Origin: Candidatus Nitrosocosmicus sp.
GTDB lineage: Bacteria > Methylomirabilota > Methylomirabilia > Rokubacteriales > CSP1-6
Reading direction: 5' to 3'
Length of the DNA: 64,000 nt
Assembly (NCBI GenBank): GCA_035654455.1
Contig: DASRWT010000033.1
Coordinates: forward strand, 3,975-67,974
The position numbers and the translations under genes were made by a program. Below, piece after piece: positions 33,992 to 43,048 of this stretch. Below the pieces are notes generated by a model that was given only the letters and a program-made list of their open reading frames with translations, was not told the origin of the DNA and made no database searches. Within the stretch, counting starts at the first letter, position 1, and every line of letters starts with the position of its first letter.

Positions 33992-34972
33992 ATGACCAAG
34001 CTCAACATGGTGAAGGCGCTCAACGTGGCGCTCCAGCAGGAGATGGAGCGTGATCCCGACGTCCTCATCCTGGGCGAGGACGTGGGAGTGGACGGCGGCG
34101 TGTTCCGGGTCACCGATGATCTCCAGCGCCAGTTCGGCTCGCGGCGCGTGATCGACAGCCCGCTGGCGGAAGCCGCCATCGTCGGCACCGCGGTGGGGAT
34201 GGCGCTGTATGGGCTGCGACCGGTGTGCGAGATCCAGTTCTCCGGCTTCGCCTTCCAGTGCTTTCATCAGATCGAGAACCACGTCGCGCGCTTCCGGCAG
34301 CGCTCCCAGGGGCGCTTCCAGGTTCCGCTGGTGGTGCGCATGCCGTACGGGGGCGGCGTGCGCGCGCTCGAGCATCACTCGGAGAGCGAGGAGCAGTTCT
34401 ACGCGCATATCCCGGGCCTCAAGATGGTGGTGCCCTCGAGCCCCCGGAACGCGCGGGCGCTGCTGGCGGCGGCCATCCGCGACCCCGACCCCGTCATCTT
34501 CTTCGAGGCCAAGGCGCTCTATCACGCGGCCAAGGAGGAAGTGCCGGACGAGGCGGAGACCATGCCGCTGGGCAAGGCGCGCGTGGACCGGGAGGGAGGA
34601 GACCTCACCCTCGTGGCCTACGGCGCCATGGTGCGCGTGGCGCGGGAGGCGGCGGACCTGCTCGAGGCGGAGGACGGGGTGCAGGCCGAGATCCTCGATC
34701 TCCTCACGGTGTCGCCCCTCGATCGCGAGGCCCTGGTGGCGTCGGTGGGAAAGACGGGGCGGGCGGTGATCGTGCACGAGGCGCCCCGGAGCTTCGGCCC
34801 CGGAGCGGAGATCGCCGCCTCCATCCAGGAAGGCGCCTTTCTCTCGCTGGAGGCGCCGATCCGGCGCGTCACCGCCTACGACATCCCGTTCCCCGGCTTC
34901 GCGCGCGAGAAGGCGAATGTCCCCGACGCGGCGCGAGTGGTGGCCGCCGCGCGCGAGACGCTGGCCTTCTAG
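33992..34972 (+). CDS. 2-oxoacid dehydrogenase E1 component, beta subunit
   Basis: MTKLNMVKALNVALQQEMERDPDVLILGEDVG...VIDSPLAEAAIVG. Real part of ORF 33761..34972. Confidence 0.9.
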   Translation: MTKLNMVKALNVALQQEMERDPDVLILGEDVGVDGGVFRVTDDLQRQFGSRRVIDSPLAEAAIVGTAVGMALYGLRPVCEIQFSGFAFQCFHQIENHVARFRQRSQGRFQVPLVVRMPYGGGVRALEHHSESEEQFYAHIPGLKMVVPSSPRNARALLAAAIRDPDPVIFFEAKALYHAAKEEVPDEAETMPLGKARVDREGGDLTLVAYGAMVRVAREAADLLEAEDGVQAEILDLLTVSPLDREALVASVGKTGRAVIVHEAPRSFGPGAEIAASIQEGAFLSLEAPIRRVTAYDIPFPGFAREKANVPDAARVVAAARETLAF

Positions 34973-34990
34973 GCGACGCGGCCCCGCCCC

Positions 34991-36301
34991 ATGCCGCGCG
35001 ACTTCACGCTGCCCGATCTCGGCGAGGGGCTCACTGAAGCCGAGATCGTGAAGGTACTCGTGCGCGAGGGCGACGTGATCGCCGAGGACGCGCCGCTCCT
35101 CGAGGTCGAGACTGACAAGGCGCAGGTGGAGATCCCGTCGCCCATGGCGGGACGCGTGGAGCGGGTGCACGTGCAGCCCGGCCAGACGGTCAAGGTGGGC
35201 GCGGTGCTGGTCAGCTTCGCCGACGCGGCGGCCTCCCCCGCGGCCCCGGCGCGGGCCGCCGCGGCCCCGAAGCCCGCGCCCGCCGCTACCGCCGCGCCCG
35301 CCGCCGGCGCGCGCCGCGCGGACGGCGGGCCGGCGCCGGCGGCTCCCTCCACGCGCCGGCTCGCGCGCGAGCTAAAGGTGGATCTCGCCACCGTGGCGGG
35401 CAGCGGACCCGGCGGGCGCATCACCGACGACGATGTGCGTGCGGCGGCCGGCGGCGGGGGCTCCGCCGCCACCTCGCGCGCCGCCGCGACGCCAGCGGCG
35501 TCGAGCGCCCCCGCGGAGAGGACCGCGCCTACCGGGCCCGCGCGGCCGCTGGCCGCGGTGGGGCTGCAGCCGCCGCCCCTGCCGCGCTTCGAGCAGTGGG
35601 GTCCGGTGGAGCGCGTGCCGCTCTCGCATCTCCGCCGCACCATCGCGGAGCGCATGGCGCTCTCGGCGGCGCTCATTCCCCACGTGACGCACTTCGACCG
35701 CGCCGATATCACCGACCTGGAGGCGGTGGTGCGCGACGGCTTCGAGCCTGCCCGCGCCAAGGGTATCTACCTCACGCTCACGAGCTTTGTCCTCAAGGCC
35801 GTGACCACCGCGCTGGTCAAGCACCCCGTCTTCAACGCGAGCCTCGATCCGGGCGCGGGCGAGCTGGTCCTCAAGCGCCACTACCATCTCGGGGTGGCGG
35901 TGGCCACGGACCGCGGCCTCATCGTGCCGGTACTGCGCGACGTGGACCAAAAGCCCGTCCTCGACCTGGCCCGCGAGCTGGCGGCGCTGGCCCAGCGCGT
36001 GCGCGAGGGCAAGGCCGCGCTGGACGACCTCCGCGGCGGCACCTTCACCGTCACCAATATCGGCGCGCTGGGGGGCACCGGCGCCATCCCCATCATCAAC
36101 TATCCCGAGGTCGCGATCCTGGCGCTGGCGCGCGCGCGGCTCGAGCCGGTGGTGCGCGCCGGGGCCATCGTCCCGCGCCTCATGCTTCCGCTCACGCTGA
36201 CCTTCGACCACCGCGTCGCCGACGGCGCCGACGGGGCGCGCTTCGCCGCGGAGATCGTGGCGCTGCTCGAGAGCCCCGGCCGGCTGCTGCTCGGCCTCTG
36301 A
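34991..36301 (+). CDS. dihydrolipoamide acyltransferase E2 component
   Basis: Lipoyl domain (LLEVETDKAQVEIPSP), an Ala/Pro linker, an E3-binding region, and a catalytic domain with TFDHRVADG. Confidence 0.9.
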   Translation: MPRDFTLPDLGEGLTEAEIVKVLVREGDVIAEDAPLLEVETDKAQVEIPSPMAGRVERVHVQPGQTVKVGAVLVSFADAAASPAAPARAAAAPKPAPAATAAPAAGARRADGGPAPAAPSTRRLARELKVDLATVAGSGPGGRITDDDVRAAAGGGGSAATSRAAATPAASSAPAERTAPTGPARPLAAVGLQPPPLPRFEQWGPVERVPLSHLRRTIAERMALSAALIPHVTHFDRADITDLEAVVRDGFEPARAKGIYLTLTSFVLKAVTTALVKHPVFNASLDPGAGELVLKRHYHLGVAVATDRGLIVPVLRDVDQKPVLDLARELAALAQRVREGKAALDDLRGGTFTVTNIGALGGTGAIPIINYPEVAILALARARLEPVVRAGAIVPRLMLPLTLTFDHRVADGADGARFAAEIVALLESPGRLLLGL

Positions 36302-36312
36302 GCGAAATCGCC

Positions 36313-37692
36313 ATGGTGATGGGCGATCTGGTACGCGAGGTCGACGTGGTCGTGGTGGGCGGCGGTCCCGGCGGCTACTCCGCCGCGTTCCGCTGCGCGG
36401 ATCTGGGCCTCGAGACCCTGATCGTGGATGGCGACGGGCGTCTCGGCGGGGCCTGTCTCCACGAAGGCTGCATTCCCTCGAAGGCCCTGCTCCATGTCGC
36501 TCACGTCATCGCGGAAGCGGAGCGCGCGCGCGAGCTCGGGGTGGAGTTCGGCCCTCCGCAGGTGGCGCTCGATCCGCTGCGGAAGTGGAAGGCGGAGCGC
36601 GTGGTGGGGAAGCTCGCCAAGGGCCTGGCCGGCGTGGCGCGCGCCAAGAAGGTGGAAGTGGTCAACGGGCGGGGCGTCTTCGAGGGGGCGCGATCGCTGC
36701 GGGTGGAGGGTGAGGCGCCGCAGACCATCCGGTTCGGCCACGCCATCGTGGCCACCGGCTCCGAGCCGGCCGCCCTACGCGGTGTCACCCCGGGCGAGCG
36801 CATCATGGACTCCACCGCCGCGCTCGAGGTCCCGGACGTGCCGGAGCGGCTGCTGGTGGTGGGCGGCGGCTATATCGGGCTCGAGCTGGGGCAGGTCTAT
36901 GCCGCGCTGGGCAGCCGCGTCACCCTCGTCGAGATGGCCGACGGCCTGCTCCCCGGCGTGGACCCCGACCTCGTGCAGCCGCTGGCCCGTGCCGTCGGCA
37001 AGCAGTTCGCCGAGATTCGTCTGGGGACGCGCATCGACGGGCTCCGCGAGGTGGGCGCGGAGGTGGAGGCGGCCTTCGGCGGGCCGCCGGCGCGGTTCGA
37101 CCGTGCGCTGGTGGCGGTGGGGCGCCGCCCGCGAAGCGCGGGACTCGGGCTCGAGACCACGCGGGCGCGAGTGGACGGTCGCGGGTTCATCGCCGTGGAC
37201 GGGTCTTGCCGCACCGACGACCCGCGGATCTTCGCCATCGGCGACGTCACCGGGGAGCCGATGCTCGCTCACCGGGCCATGCGCCAGGGCAAGGTGGTCG
37301 CGGAGGTGATCGCGGGCCGGCCCGCCGCCTTCGACAATGTCGTCGTGCCCGCGGTGGTCTTCACCGATCCCGAGGTGGCGTGGTGCGGCGTGAGCGAAGC
37401 GGCGGCGCGCGCCGCCGGCCGCGAGGTCAAGGTGGCGCGCTTCGCCTGGGCCGCCTCCGGGCGCGCCGCCACGCTCGGGCGCGCGGACGGGCTGACCAAG
37501 CTGGTGGCGGAGGCTGCCACCGGGCGCCTCATCGGGGTGGGGCTCGTGGGGCCCGGGGCGGGGGAGCTCATCGCGGAGGGTGCGCTCGCGGTCGAGAACG
37601 CGCTCCTGGCGGAGGACGTGGCCGCGACCATCCACGCGCATCCCACGCTCTCGGAGGGCTTCATGGAGGCCGCCGAGTCCCTCCTCGGTTGA
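36313..37692 (+). CDS. lpdA: dihydrolipoyl dehydrogenase E3
   Basis: VVVVGGGPGGYSAA, redox-active disulfide GGACLHEGCIPSK, C-terminal HAHPTLSE. Confidence 0.9.
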   Translation: MVMGDLVREVDVVVVGGGPGGYSAAFRCADLGLETLIVDGDGRLGGACLHEGCIPSKALLHVAHVIAEAERARELGVEFGPPQVALDPLRKWKAERVVGKLAKGLAGVARAKKVEVVNGRGVFEGARSLRVEGEAPQTIRFGHAIVATGSEPAALRGVTPGERIMDSTAALEVPDVPERLLVVGGGYIGLELGQVYAALGSRVTLVEMADGLLPGVDPDLVQPLARAVGKQFAEIRLGTRIDGLREVGAEVEAAFGGPPARFDRALVAVGRRPRSAGLGLETTRARVDGRGFIAVDGSCRTDDPRIFAIGDVTGEPMLAHRAMRQGKVVAEVIAGRPAAFDNVVVPAVVFTDPEVAWCGVSEAAARAAGREVKVARFAWAASGRAATLGRADGLTKLVAEAATGRLIGVGLVGPGAGELIAEGALAVENALLAEDVAATIHAHPTLSEGFMEAAESLLG

Positions 37693-37772
37693 CGGCGTGG
37701 GGACAGATGACGCGAGGGACTGACGGCGCGGGGGGCTGAACGCGCCGGGGGCCGCGGTATACTCGCCCCGCC

Positions 37773-38666
37773 ATGGATCTCCGTCAGCTAGAGATCTTCA
37801 CCAAGGTCGCCGAGCTCGGCTCCTTCTCTCGCGCCGCCGAGGCGCTGCACCTCACCCAGCCCACGGTCTCGGAGCATATTCGCGCTCTCGAGGACGAGCT
37901 CGGCGTGCGCCTGCTGGACCGGCTCGGGCGCGGCGCCGACGTCACGCAAGCAGGCCGGCTGCTGCTCTCGTACGCGTCGCGAATGCTCGCGCTTGCGCGC
38001 GAGGCGCGTCAGGCGCTGGACGCGTTCCAGGGGCGAATGAGCGGCGAGCTCGTCGTGGGCGGGAGCACCATCCCGGGCGAGTACATCCTCCCCGCCATCC
38101 TGGGCCGCTTCAAGGAGAAGTTCCCGGACATCTCCACCATCTTGCTCATCGGCGACAGCCGTGGCGTGACGGGCTGGGTGGCGGAGGGGCGGGTCGAGCT
38201 GGCGGTGGTGGGCGCGCGGCTGCCGCAGCGCGGACTCGAGTTCCGCGAGCTCCTTCCCGACGAGGAGGTGGTGGTGGCCCCCGCGGGCCATCCCTGGACC
38301 GGACGCCGGGAGATCAAGCTGACCGAGCTGGCGCGCGAGCCCCTGCTCATCCGCGAGTCGGGATCCGGCACGCGGGCCGCGCTGGAGGCTGCGCTCGAGC
38401 GCGCCGGCGTGGACCTGAGCACGCTCCGGGTGGTCGGCGAGATGGGCTCGAGCCAGGCGGTGAAGCAGGGCGTGAAGGCGGGGATGGGCATCACCATCAT
38501 CTCTCGGCGGGCGGTGGAGGAGGAGTGCCGAGCCGGCACCCTCGTGAGCTTCCAGGTGAAGGATCTCGCCATCACCCGCGCATTCCACGTCGTCACTCGA
38601 AAAGACCGGACGCGGTCGCCGGTGGCGGAGGCGTTCCGGGTCTTTCTCGAGGCCGACGCCCGCTAG
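37773..38666 (+). CDS. LysR-family transcriptional regulator
   Basis: N-terminal HTH LRQLEIFTKVAELGSFSRAAEALHLTQPTVSEHIRALE plus a LysR substrate-binding domain. TATACT (37758-37763) lies 9 nt upstream of the ATG. Confidence 0.9.
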   Translation: MDLRQLEIFTKVAELGSFSRAAEALHLTQPTVSEHIRALEDELGVRLLDRLGRGADVTQAGRLLLSYASRMLALAREARQALDAFQGRMSGELVVGGSTIPGEYILPAILGRFKEKFPDISTILLIGDSRGVTGWVAEGRVELAVVGARLPQRGLEFRELLPDEEVVVAPAGHPWTGRREIKLTELAREPLLIRESGSGTRAALEAALERAGVDLSTLRVVGEMGSSQAVKQGVKAGMGITIISRRAVEEECRAGTLVSFQVKDLAITRAFHVVTRKDRTRSPVAEAFRVFLEADAR

Positions 38667-38694
38667 TCGCGCGTCCTCTCCGCCCGGCCCCCGA

Positions 38695-38715
38695 AGGATA
38701 GACGCTCCCTATCCT
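38695..38715. promoter_or_regulatory. candidate LysR-type (T-N11-A) operator / AT-rich palindrome
   Basis: AGGATAG-N7-CTATCCT contains ATAG-N7-CTAT, the interrupted dyad typical of LTTR boxes. It lies between the LysR stop (38666) and the transglutaminase gene. Confidence 0.4.
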
Positions 38716-38832
38716 CGGTAAGCGCCGCATCGAAACAGTCAATTGGACTTGTCCGGCCAAGCCCGTACCATGACCGCCGAGAGTCGGTCAGAGGTGATGC
38801 CGATGGAGGCCAAGTCGGTGGAGGCCATATCA

Positions 38833-39924
38833 ATGGAGCGTCGTTCGTTCTTGCGGACGGGAGTGGGCGCGACGGCGGCGCTGGCGGTCGGAACGCTCGG
38901 ATCGGGCCGCGCCCTCGCGCAGGGCGGGTCGGACGGCATCCGCTGGCGCGCGTTCGAGGTGGTCACGCGCGCGGAGATTGTCAATCCCACGGGGCCGGTG
39001 CGCGTGTGGTTGCCGCTGCCGCTCACCGCGGACACCGACTACTTCAAGAATCTCGGCCAGACCTGGACGGGCAATGCGAAGGTGGGCCGCGTGATCCGCG
39101 AGGACAAGTACGGCACGAGCATCTTCTTCGCCCAGTGGGAGGCGGGGGAGGCGACGCCGGTGGTCGAGGTGACCATGCGCTTCGCCACTCGCGATCGCGC
39201 GGTGGACTTCACCCGTCCCGGCGACGCGCGTGAGGACCGGCGGGTGCTCGCGCGGTATGTCGAGGCCACGCGGCTGATGCCCACCGACGGCATCGTCCAG
39301 AAGACCGCGCGCGAGATCACCAAGGGCCAGAAGTCCGATCTCGACAAGTCGCGCGCACTGTACGAGTGGATCGTGGACAATACTTTTCGCGATCCCAGGG
39401 TGCGCGGCTGCGGCGTGGGCGACATCCGCGCCATGCTGGAGTCCGGCAACCTGAGCGGCAAGTGCGCCGATCTCAACGCGCTCTACGTGGGGCTGGCGCG
39501 GTCGGTGGGCATCCCCTCTCGCGATGTCTACGGCGTGCGGGTGGCCGACGCGGCGGAGTTCAAGAGCCTCGGCAAGAGCGGCGACATCACCAGGGCCCAG
39601 CACTGCCGGGCGGAGTCCTATCTGACCGGCTTCGGCTGGGTGCCGGTGGACCCCGCGGACGTGCGGAAGGTGGTCCTGGAGGAGCGGGGCGGTCTGCCGC
39701 TCACCGACCCCACCGTGCTCAAGGCGCGCGGCAAGCTGTTCGGACAGTGGGAGATGAACTGGCTGGCCTACAACTACGCTCATGACGTGAAGCTGCCGGG
39801 CTCCACCGGCGACGCGGTGGGCTTCTTCATGTATCCGCAGACCGAGGTGAACGATGAGCGGCGCGACAGCCTGGATCCGGATGCGTTCATCTACAAGATG
39901 ACGGCGCGCGAGCTCGCCGCCTAG
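38833..39924 (+). CDS. transglutaminase-like cysteine-protease-fold protein, Tat-exported
   Basis: MERRSFLRTGVGATAALAVGTLGSGRALA Tat signal. Cys-His-Asp core GKCADLNALYV...HCRAE...VPVDPAD. GGAGG lies 8 nt before ATG 38833. The track start at 38743 is upstream in frame. Confidence 0.8.
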   Translation: MERRSFLRTGVGATAALAVGTLGSGRALAQGGSDGIRWRAFEVVTRAEIVNPTGPVRVWLPLPLTADTDYFKNLGQTWTGNAKVGRVIREDKYGTSIFFAQWEAGEATPVVEVTMRFATRDRAVDFTRPGDAREDRRVLARYVEATRLMPTDGIVQKTAREITKGQKSDLDKSRALYEWIVDNTFRDPRVRGCGVGDIRAMLESGNLSGKCADLNALYVGLARSVGIPSRDVYGVRVADAAEFKSLGKSGDITRAQHCRAESYLTGFGWVPVDPADVRKVVLEERGGLPLTDPTVLKARGKLFGQWEMNWLAYNYAHDVKLPGSTGDAVGFFMYPQTEVNDERRDSLDPDAFIYKMTARELAA

Positions 39925-39948
39925 GCGCCGCGGCGCCGGGGGCGGGAT

Positions 39949-40200
39949 CTAGGCGCGGGCGGAGCGCTTGAGGAAGGCGACCAGCTTCTGCTGCAGCTCG
40001 GGCGGGAGCGTCGTCTCGCGAAGCCGCCGGGCGGCGTCTACCGTCCCCTTATAGGTATTCACGAAGGCCACGCACGGCGGGCACCCCTCGAGATGCCACT
40101 CGAGGAGCTCGGCCTGGTGCTTTGGAAGGCTCCCGTCCACGAAATCGGACAGCAGATCCATGCATTCCCGGCAGTCCAGGTTCGACGGCTGCTCCGGCAT
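39949..40200 (-). CDS. zinc-binding anti-sigma factor (ZAS, zf-HC2; RsrA-like, soluble)
   Basis: CRECMDLLSDFVDGSL...HLEGCPPC gives the H-x3-C-x2-C ZAS motif plus an upstream Cys. No TM segment. ATG 40200 has GGGGAG upstream; ATG 40212 is the alternative. No sigma factor gene is adjacent. Confidence 0.7.
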   Translation of the reverse strand: MPEQPSNLDCRECMDLLSDFVDGSLPKHQAELLEWHLEGCPPCVAFVNTYKGTVDAARRLRETTLPPELQQKLVAFLKRSARA

Positions 40201-40402
40201 CGCTCTCCCCATTGAGGGTCGCGGGCCGCGATCGGCCCGTTCGCGCCCGTGTACGCGGCTGACACCTTAGCACAGGCTGCGTTCCCCGTTCCTGCCTCTT
40301 GAGACGCCCGCCGAGGGCAGGACGCTTCCGGCCTCCGAGGATTTCGCACCGCCTTCGCGCACGGTAAAGGCAGGTTTTTCTTCGCTCCCGCCCCGCGTCG
40401 GG

Positions 40403-40431
40403 TTGACGGGTCGCGGAACCACCCATATGAT
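40403..40431 (+). promoter_or_regulatory. sigma70-type promoter of the MoxR/vWA operon
   Basis: TTGACG (40403-40408), 17-nt spacer, TATGAT (40426-40431). About 50-nt leader to ATG 40485. Confidence 0.6.
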
Positions 40432-40484
40432 GGGGCAAATTTCGGTACGCGTCCTCATCATACCTGTCGGGAAAGGGGCTCTTC

Positions 40485-41522
40485 ATGGCGCAGTCCCCGC
40501 AGCCGTCCGGAACGCAGGAGCAGCGCGTCGAGGTCTTTGTCCAGGCGTTCCAGACGCTTCGCGCCGAGATGCAGAAGGTGATCGTCGGCCACGACGACGT
40601 CGTGAACCAGGTCCTGGTCGGGCTCTTCGCCGGCGGCCATGTGCTCCTCGAGGGTGTGCCGGGGCTGGGCAAGACCCTCCTCATCAAGACCCTGTCGGAG
40701 TGCCTGGATCTCACCTTCTCGCGCATCCAGTTCACCCCCGACCTCATGCCGGGCGACATCATCGGCACCAATATCATCGCGGAGGACACGGGCGGGCGGA
40801 AGCACTTCCAGTTCCAGCGGGGCCCGATCTTCGGCCACATCCTCCTCGCCGACGAGGTGAATCGCGCCACGCCCAAGACGCAGTCGGCGCTCCTCGAGGG
40901 CATGCAGGAGGGCAATGTCACCGTGTCGGGCACGGCGCATCCGCTGCCCGCCCCGTTCTTCGTCCTCGCCACCCAGAACCCCATCGAGATGGAGGGGACC
41001 TACCCCCTTCCCGAGGCCCAGCTCGACCGGTTCATCTTCAAGCTGCGGGTGCGCTATCCCGTGCTCGAGGAGCTCACCGAGATCATCGACCGCACCACCC
41101 GTCCCCGCGTGGTCGAGGTGCGGCGCGTCATGACCGGGCCCCAGGTGATGGAGTTCCGGGAGCTCGTGCGGGAGGTGCCCCTGGCCGCCCACGTGCGCGA
41201 GCTCGCCTCCTATATCGTCCTGGCGAGCCACCCGCAGTGGGACCGGGCGCCGGAGGCGGCGCGGCGGTTCGTCCGCTATGGCTCCAGTCCTCGCGGCGCG
41301 CAGGCCCTGGTGCTCGGCGCCAAGGTGCGCGCCCTGTCCGAGGGCCGCTACAACGTGAGCGTGGACGACCTCCGCGCGATGGCCCTCCCGGCCCTCCGCC
41401 ACCGCCTCATCCTCAACTTCGAGGGCGAAGCGGAGGGGGTGGACGCCGACAACCTGATCGAGCAGCTGGTCGAGGCGGCGGAGTCGCTGAGCGCCACCGG
41501 CAAGGACGCGTTCGTCCGATAA
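40485..41522 (+). CDS. MoxR-family AAA+ ATPase
   Basis: Walker A LLEGVPGLGKT, Walker B ILLADEVNRATPKTQSALLEGMQE, and ATQNPIEMEGTYPLPEAQLDRF. Confidence 0.9.
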   Translation: MAQSPQPSGTQEQRVEVFVQAFQTLRAEMQKVIVGHDDVVNQVLVGLFAGGHVLLEGVPGLGKTLLIKTLSECLDLTFSRIQFTPDLMPGDIIGTNIIAEDTGGRKHFQFQRGPIFGHILLADEVNRATPKTQSALLEGMQEGNVTVSGTAHPLPAPFFVLATQNPIEMEGTYPLPEAQLDRFIFKLRVRYPVLEELTEIIDRTTRPRVVEVRRVMTGPQVMEFRELVREVPLAAHVRELASYIVLASHPQWDRAPEAARRFVRYGSSPRGAQALVLGAKVRALSEGRYNVSVDDLRAMALPALRHRLILNFEGEAEGVDADNLIEQLVEAAESLSATGKDAFVR

Positions 41523-41568
41523 GCGCGGGACGCCCGGCGTCCATCACCATACGAGGGAGGGACGGGGA

Positions 41569-43044
41569 ATGCCCGATCCGAAGGTCCTCGAGCGGCTGGT
41601 GCAGCAGGTCATGCGCGAGGTGCGCATGCGTCGCGCCGAGTTCTGGGCGCTTCGCGGCCTGTTCGCCGGCGCGATGGCGGCCGCGGTGCCGCTGGTGTTC
41701 CGTGAGTCGCTGGGCGTGCTGGCCTTCGTCCTCGCCGGCGCGCTCCTGACCGCGGGCCTCCTCGCGGGAGGCCTCTGGGGCTTCTTCCAGAAGGTGACGC
41801 CGGCCGAGGCCGCCCGCCTCGCCGATCGCGGCTTCGGCTTCCAGGACCGCGTCGCCACCGCGATCGAGTGGGCGGAGCACCCGGACCGTACGGCGCTGGT
41901 CGACGCGCTCGTGACCGACACCATGGCGCGCGTCGAAGCGCGCGACAGACGGCGCGTGGTGCCGCGGCTCCTTCCTCGCGAAGCGAAGCTCGTGCCGCTG
42001 CCCCTCGCCCTGGGGCTGGTGCTGGCGCTGGCTCCCCCCATCCCGCTGCCCACGGGCGGCCTGCCGAATTTCACCGCGAAGTCGGAGGAGGAGGAGGCCA
42101 AGCCCGCCGACCGCGGCGGCAAGATCGAGTCGGACGAACGGAAGGTTGCGGCCCGGCGCGAGGTGCTCCCGCGAGCGGACATGCAGGAGCGGACCGTCCC
42201 GCCGCGACAGGGCGGCAGCGGTCCCACCCAGGCCGGCGATCTTGCCGCCGTGTTCAAGGACACCTCGCTGGGCAACAAGAGCCCCGACTTCAACGCCTTC
42301 CTCAAGAAGGGCGACGAACGAATCCGGATGCTCGAGCAGGTGGACCGGCTCCCCGACCTCCAGCGCGACTTCACCCAGTCCCAGAGCAAGGCGATGTTCC
42401 AGCGGGCCAAGGAGCTGCGCGGCGCCATGGGCGGCAATCAGTTCTCGCCCGACAAGATGCGCGAGCTGCTCAACGAAATGGAAAAGCTCGGCCGCAAGGG
42501 CGGCGCGCAGAACCCCTGGAGCGGCGAGATCGGCGAGGGGATGGAGGCGCTCGAGCAGGGCCAGAACGACAAGGCCATGGATGCCATGGAGCGCGCCCTG
42601 AACAAGCTCCGCTCCATGGAGGAGCGGGGCGCCGACGGGAAGGGGCTGCGCGGGGGGCGCGAGAACGAGCGGCGCGGCGCCCAGCGGGGGAATCAGCGGG
42701 GTCAGGGCCAGCCGGGAGGACCCGGTGACGAGGGTGACTTCCCCGAGGGCGAGGGGCTCTTCCCCGGCAAGGGGAAGAGCGGCAACCCGAAGGGCGATCC
42801 CACCCAGCGCCTGCGCGCGAATCCCTTCGACGTAGGCGTGGAGGGCCAGTCGCGGCCGGGCCGCAAGGAAGGCATGGACACCAACCTGATGGGCAAGGGG
42901 GCGAACACGCCCTCGCGCCTCCAGTACCTCGGGGTCGTGGGCCAGTACCGCAAGATGATGGAAGAGGCCATTGCCCGCGAGCAGGTGCCGCGCGACTACC
43001 AGAGCCAGGTCAAGCAGTACTTCCAGTCGCTGGACGAGAAGTAG
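41569..43044 (+). CDS. membrane protein with a long charged low-complexity region (Bat-operon associated, DUF4175-like)
   Basis: 491 aa. Two N-terminal TM segments, a third hydrophobic stretch, then a Glu/Lys/Arg/Gly-rich region ending in EQVPRDYQSQVKQYFQSLDEK. The family call rests on operon position and is tentative. Confidence 0.65.
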   Translation: MPDPKVLERLVQQVMREVRMRRAEFWALRGLFAGAMAAAVPLVFRESLGVLAFVLAGALLTAGLLAGGLWGFFQKVTPAEAARLADRGFGFQDRVATAIEWAEHPDRTALVDALVTDTMARVEARDRRRVVPRLLPREAKLVPLPLALGLVLALAPPIPLPTGGLPNFTAKSEEEEAKPADRGGKIESDERKVAARREVLPRADMQERTVPPRQGGSGPTQAGDLAAVFKDTSLGNKSPDFNAFLKKGDERIRMLEQVDRLPDLQRDFTQSQSKAMFQRAKELRGAMGGNQFSPDKMRELLNEMEKLGRKGGAQNPWSGEIGEGMEALEQGQNDKAMDAMERALNKLRSMEERGADGKGLRGGRENERRGAQRGNQRGQGQPGGPGDEGDFPEGEGLFPGKGKSGNPKGDPTQRLRANPFDVGVEGQSRPGRKEGMDTNLMGKGANTPSRLQYLGVVGQYRKMMEEAIAREQVPRDYQSQVKQYFQSLDEK

Positions 43045-43048
43045 CCCC

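Noticed and set aside
39924-39937. Palindrome GGCGCCGCGGCGCC between the convergent transglutaminase and anti-sigma genes, considered as a bidirectional terminator
   Set aside because: The stem would be only 5-6 bp with no loop sequence or flanking T/A tracts. Too weak to call.
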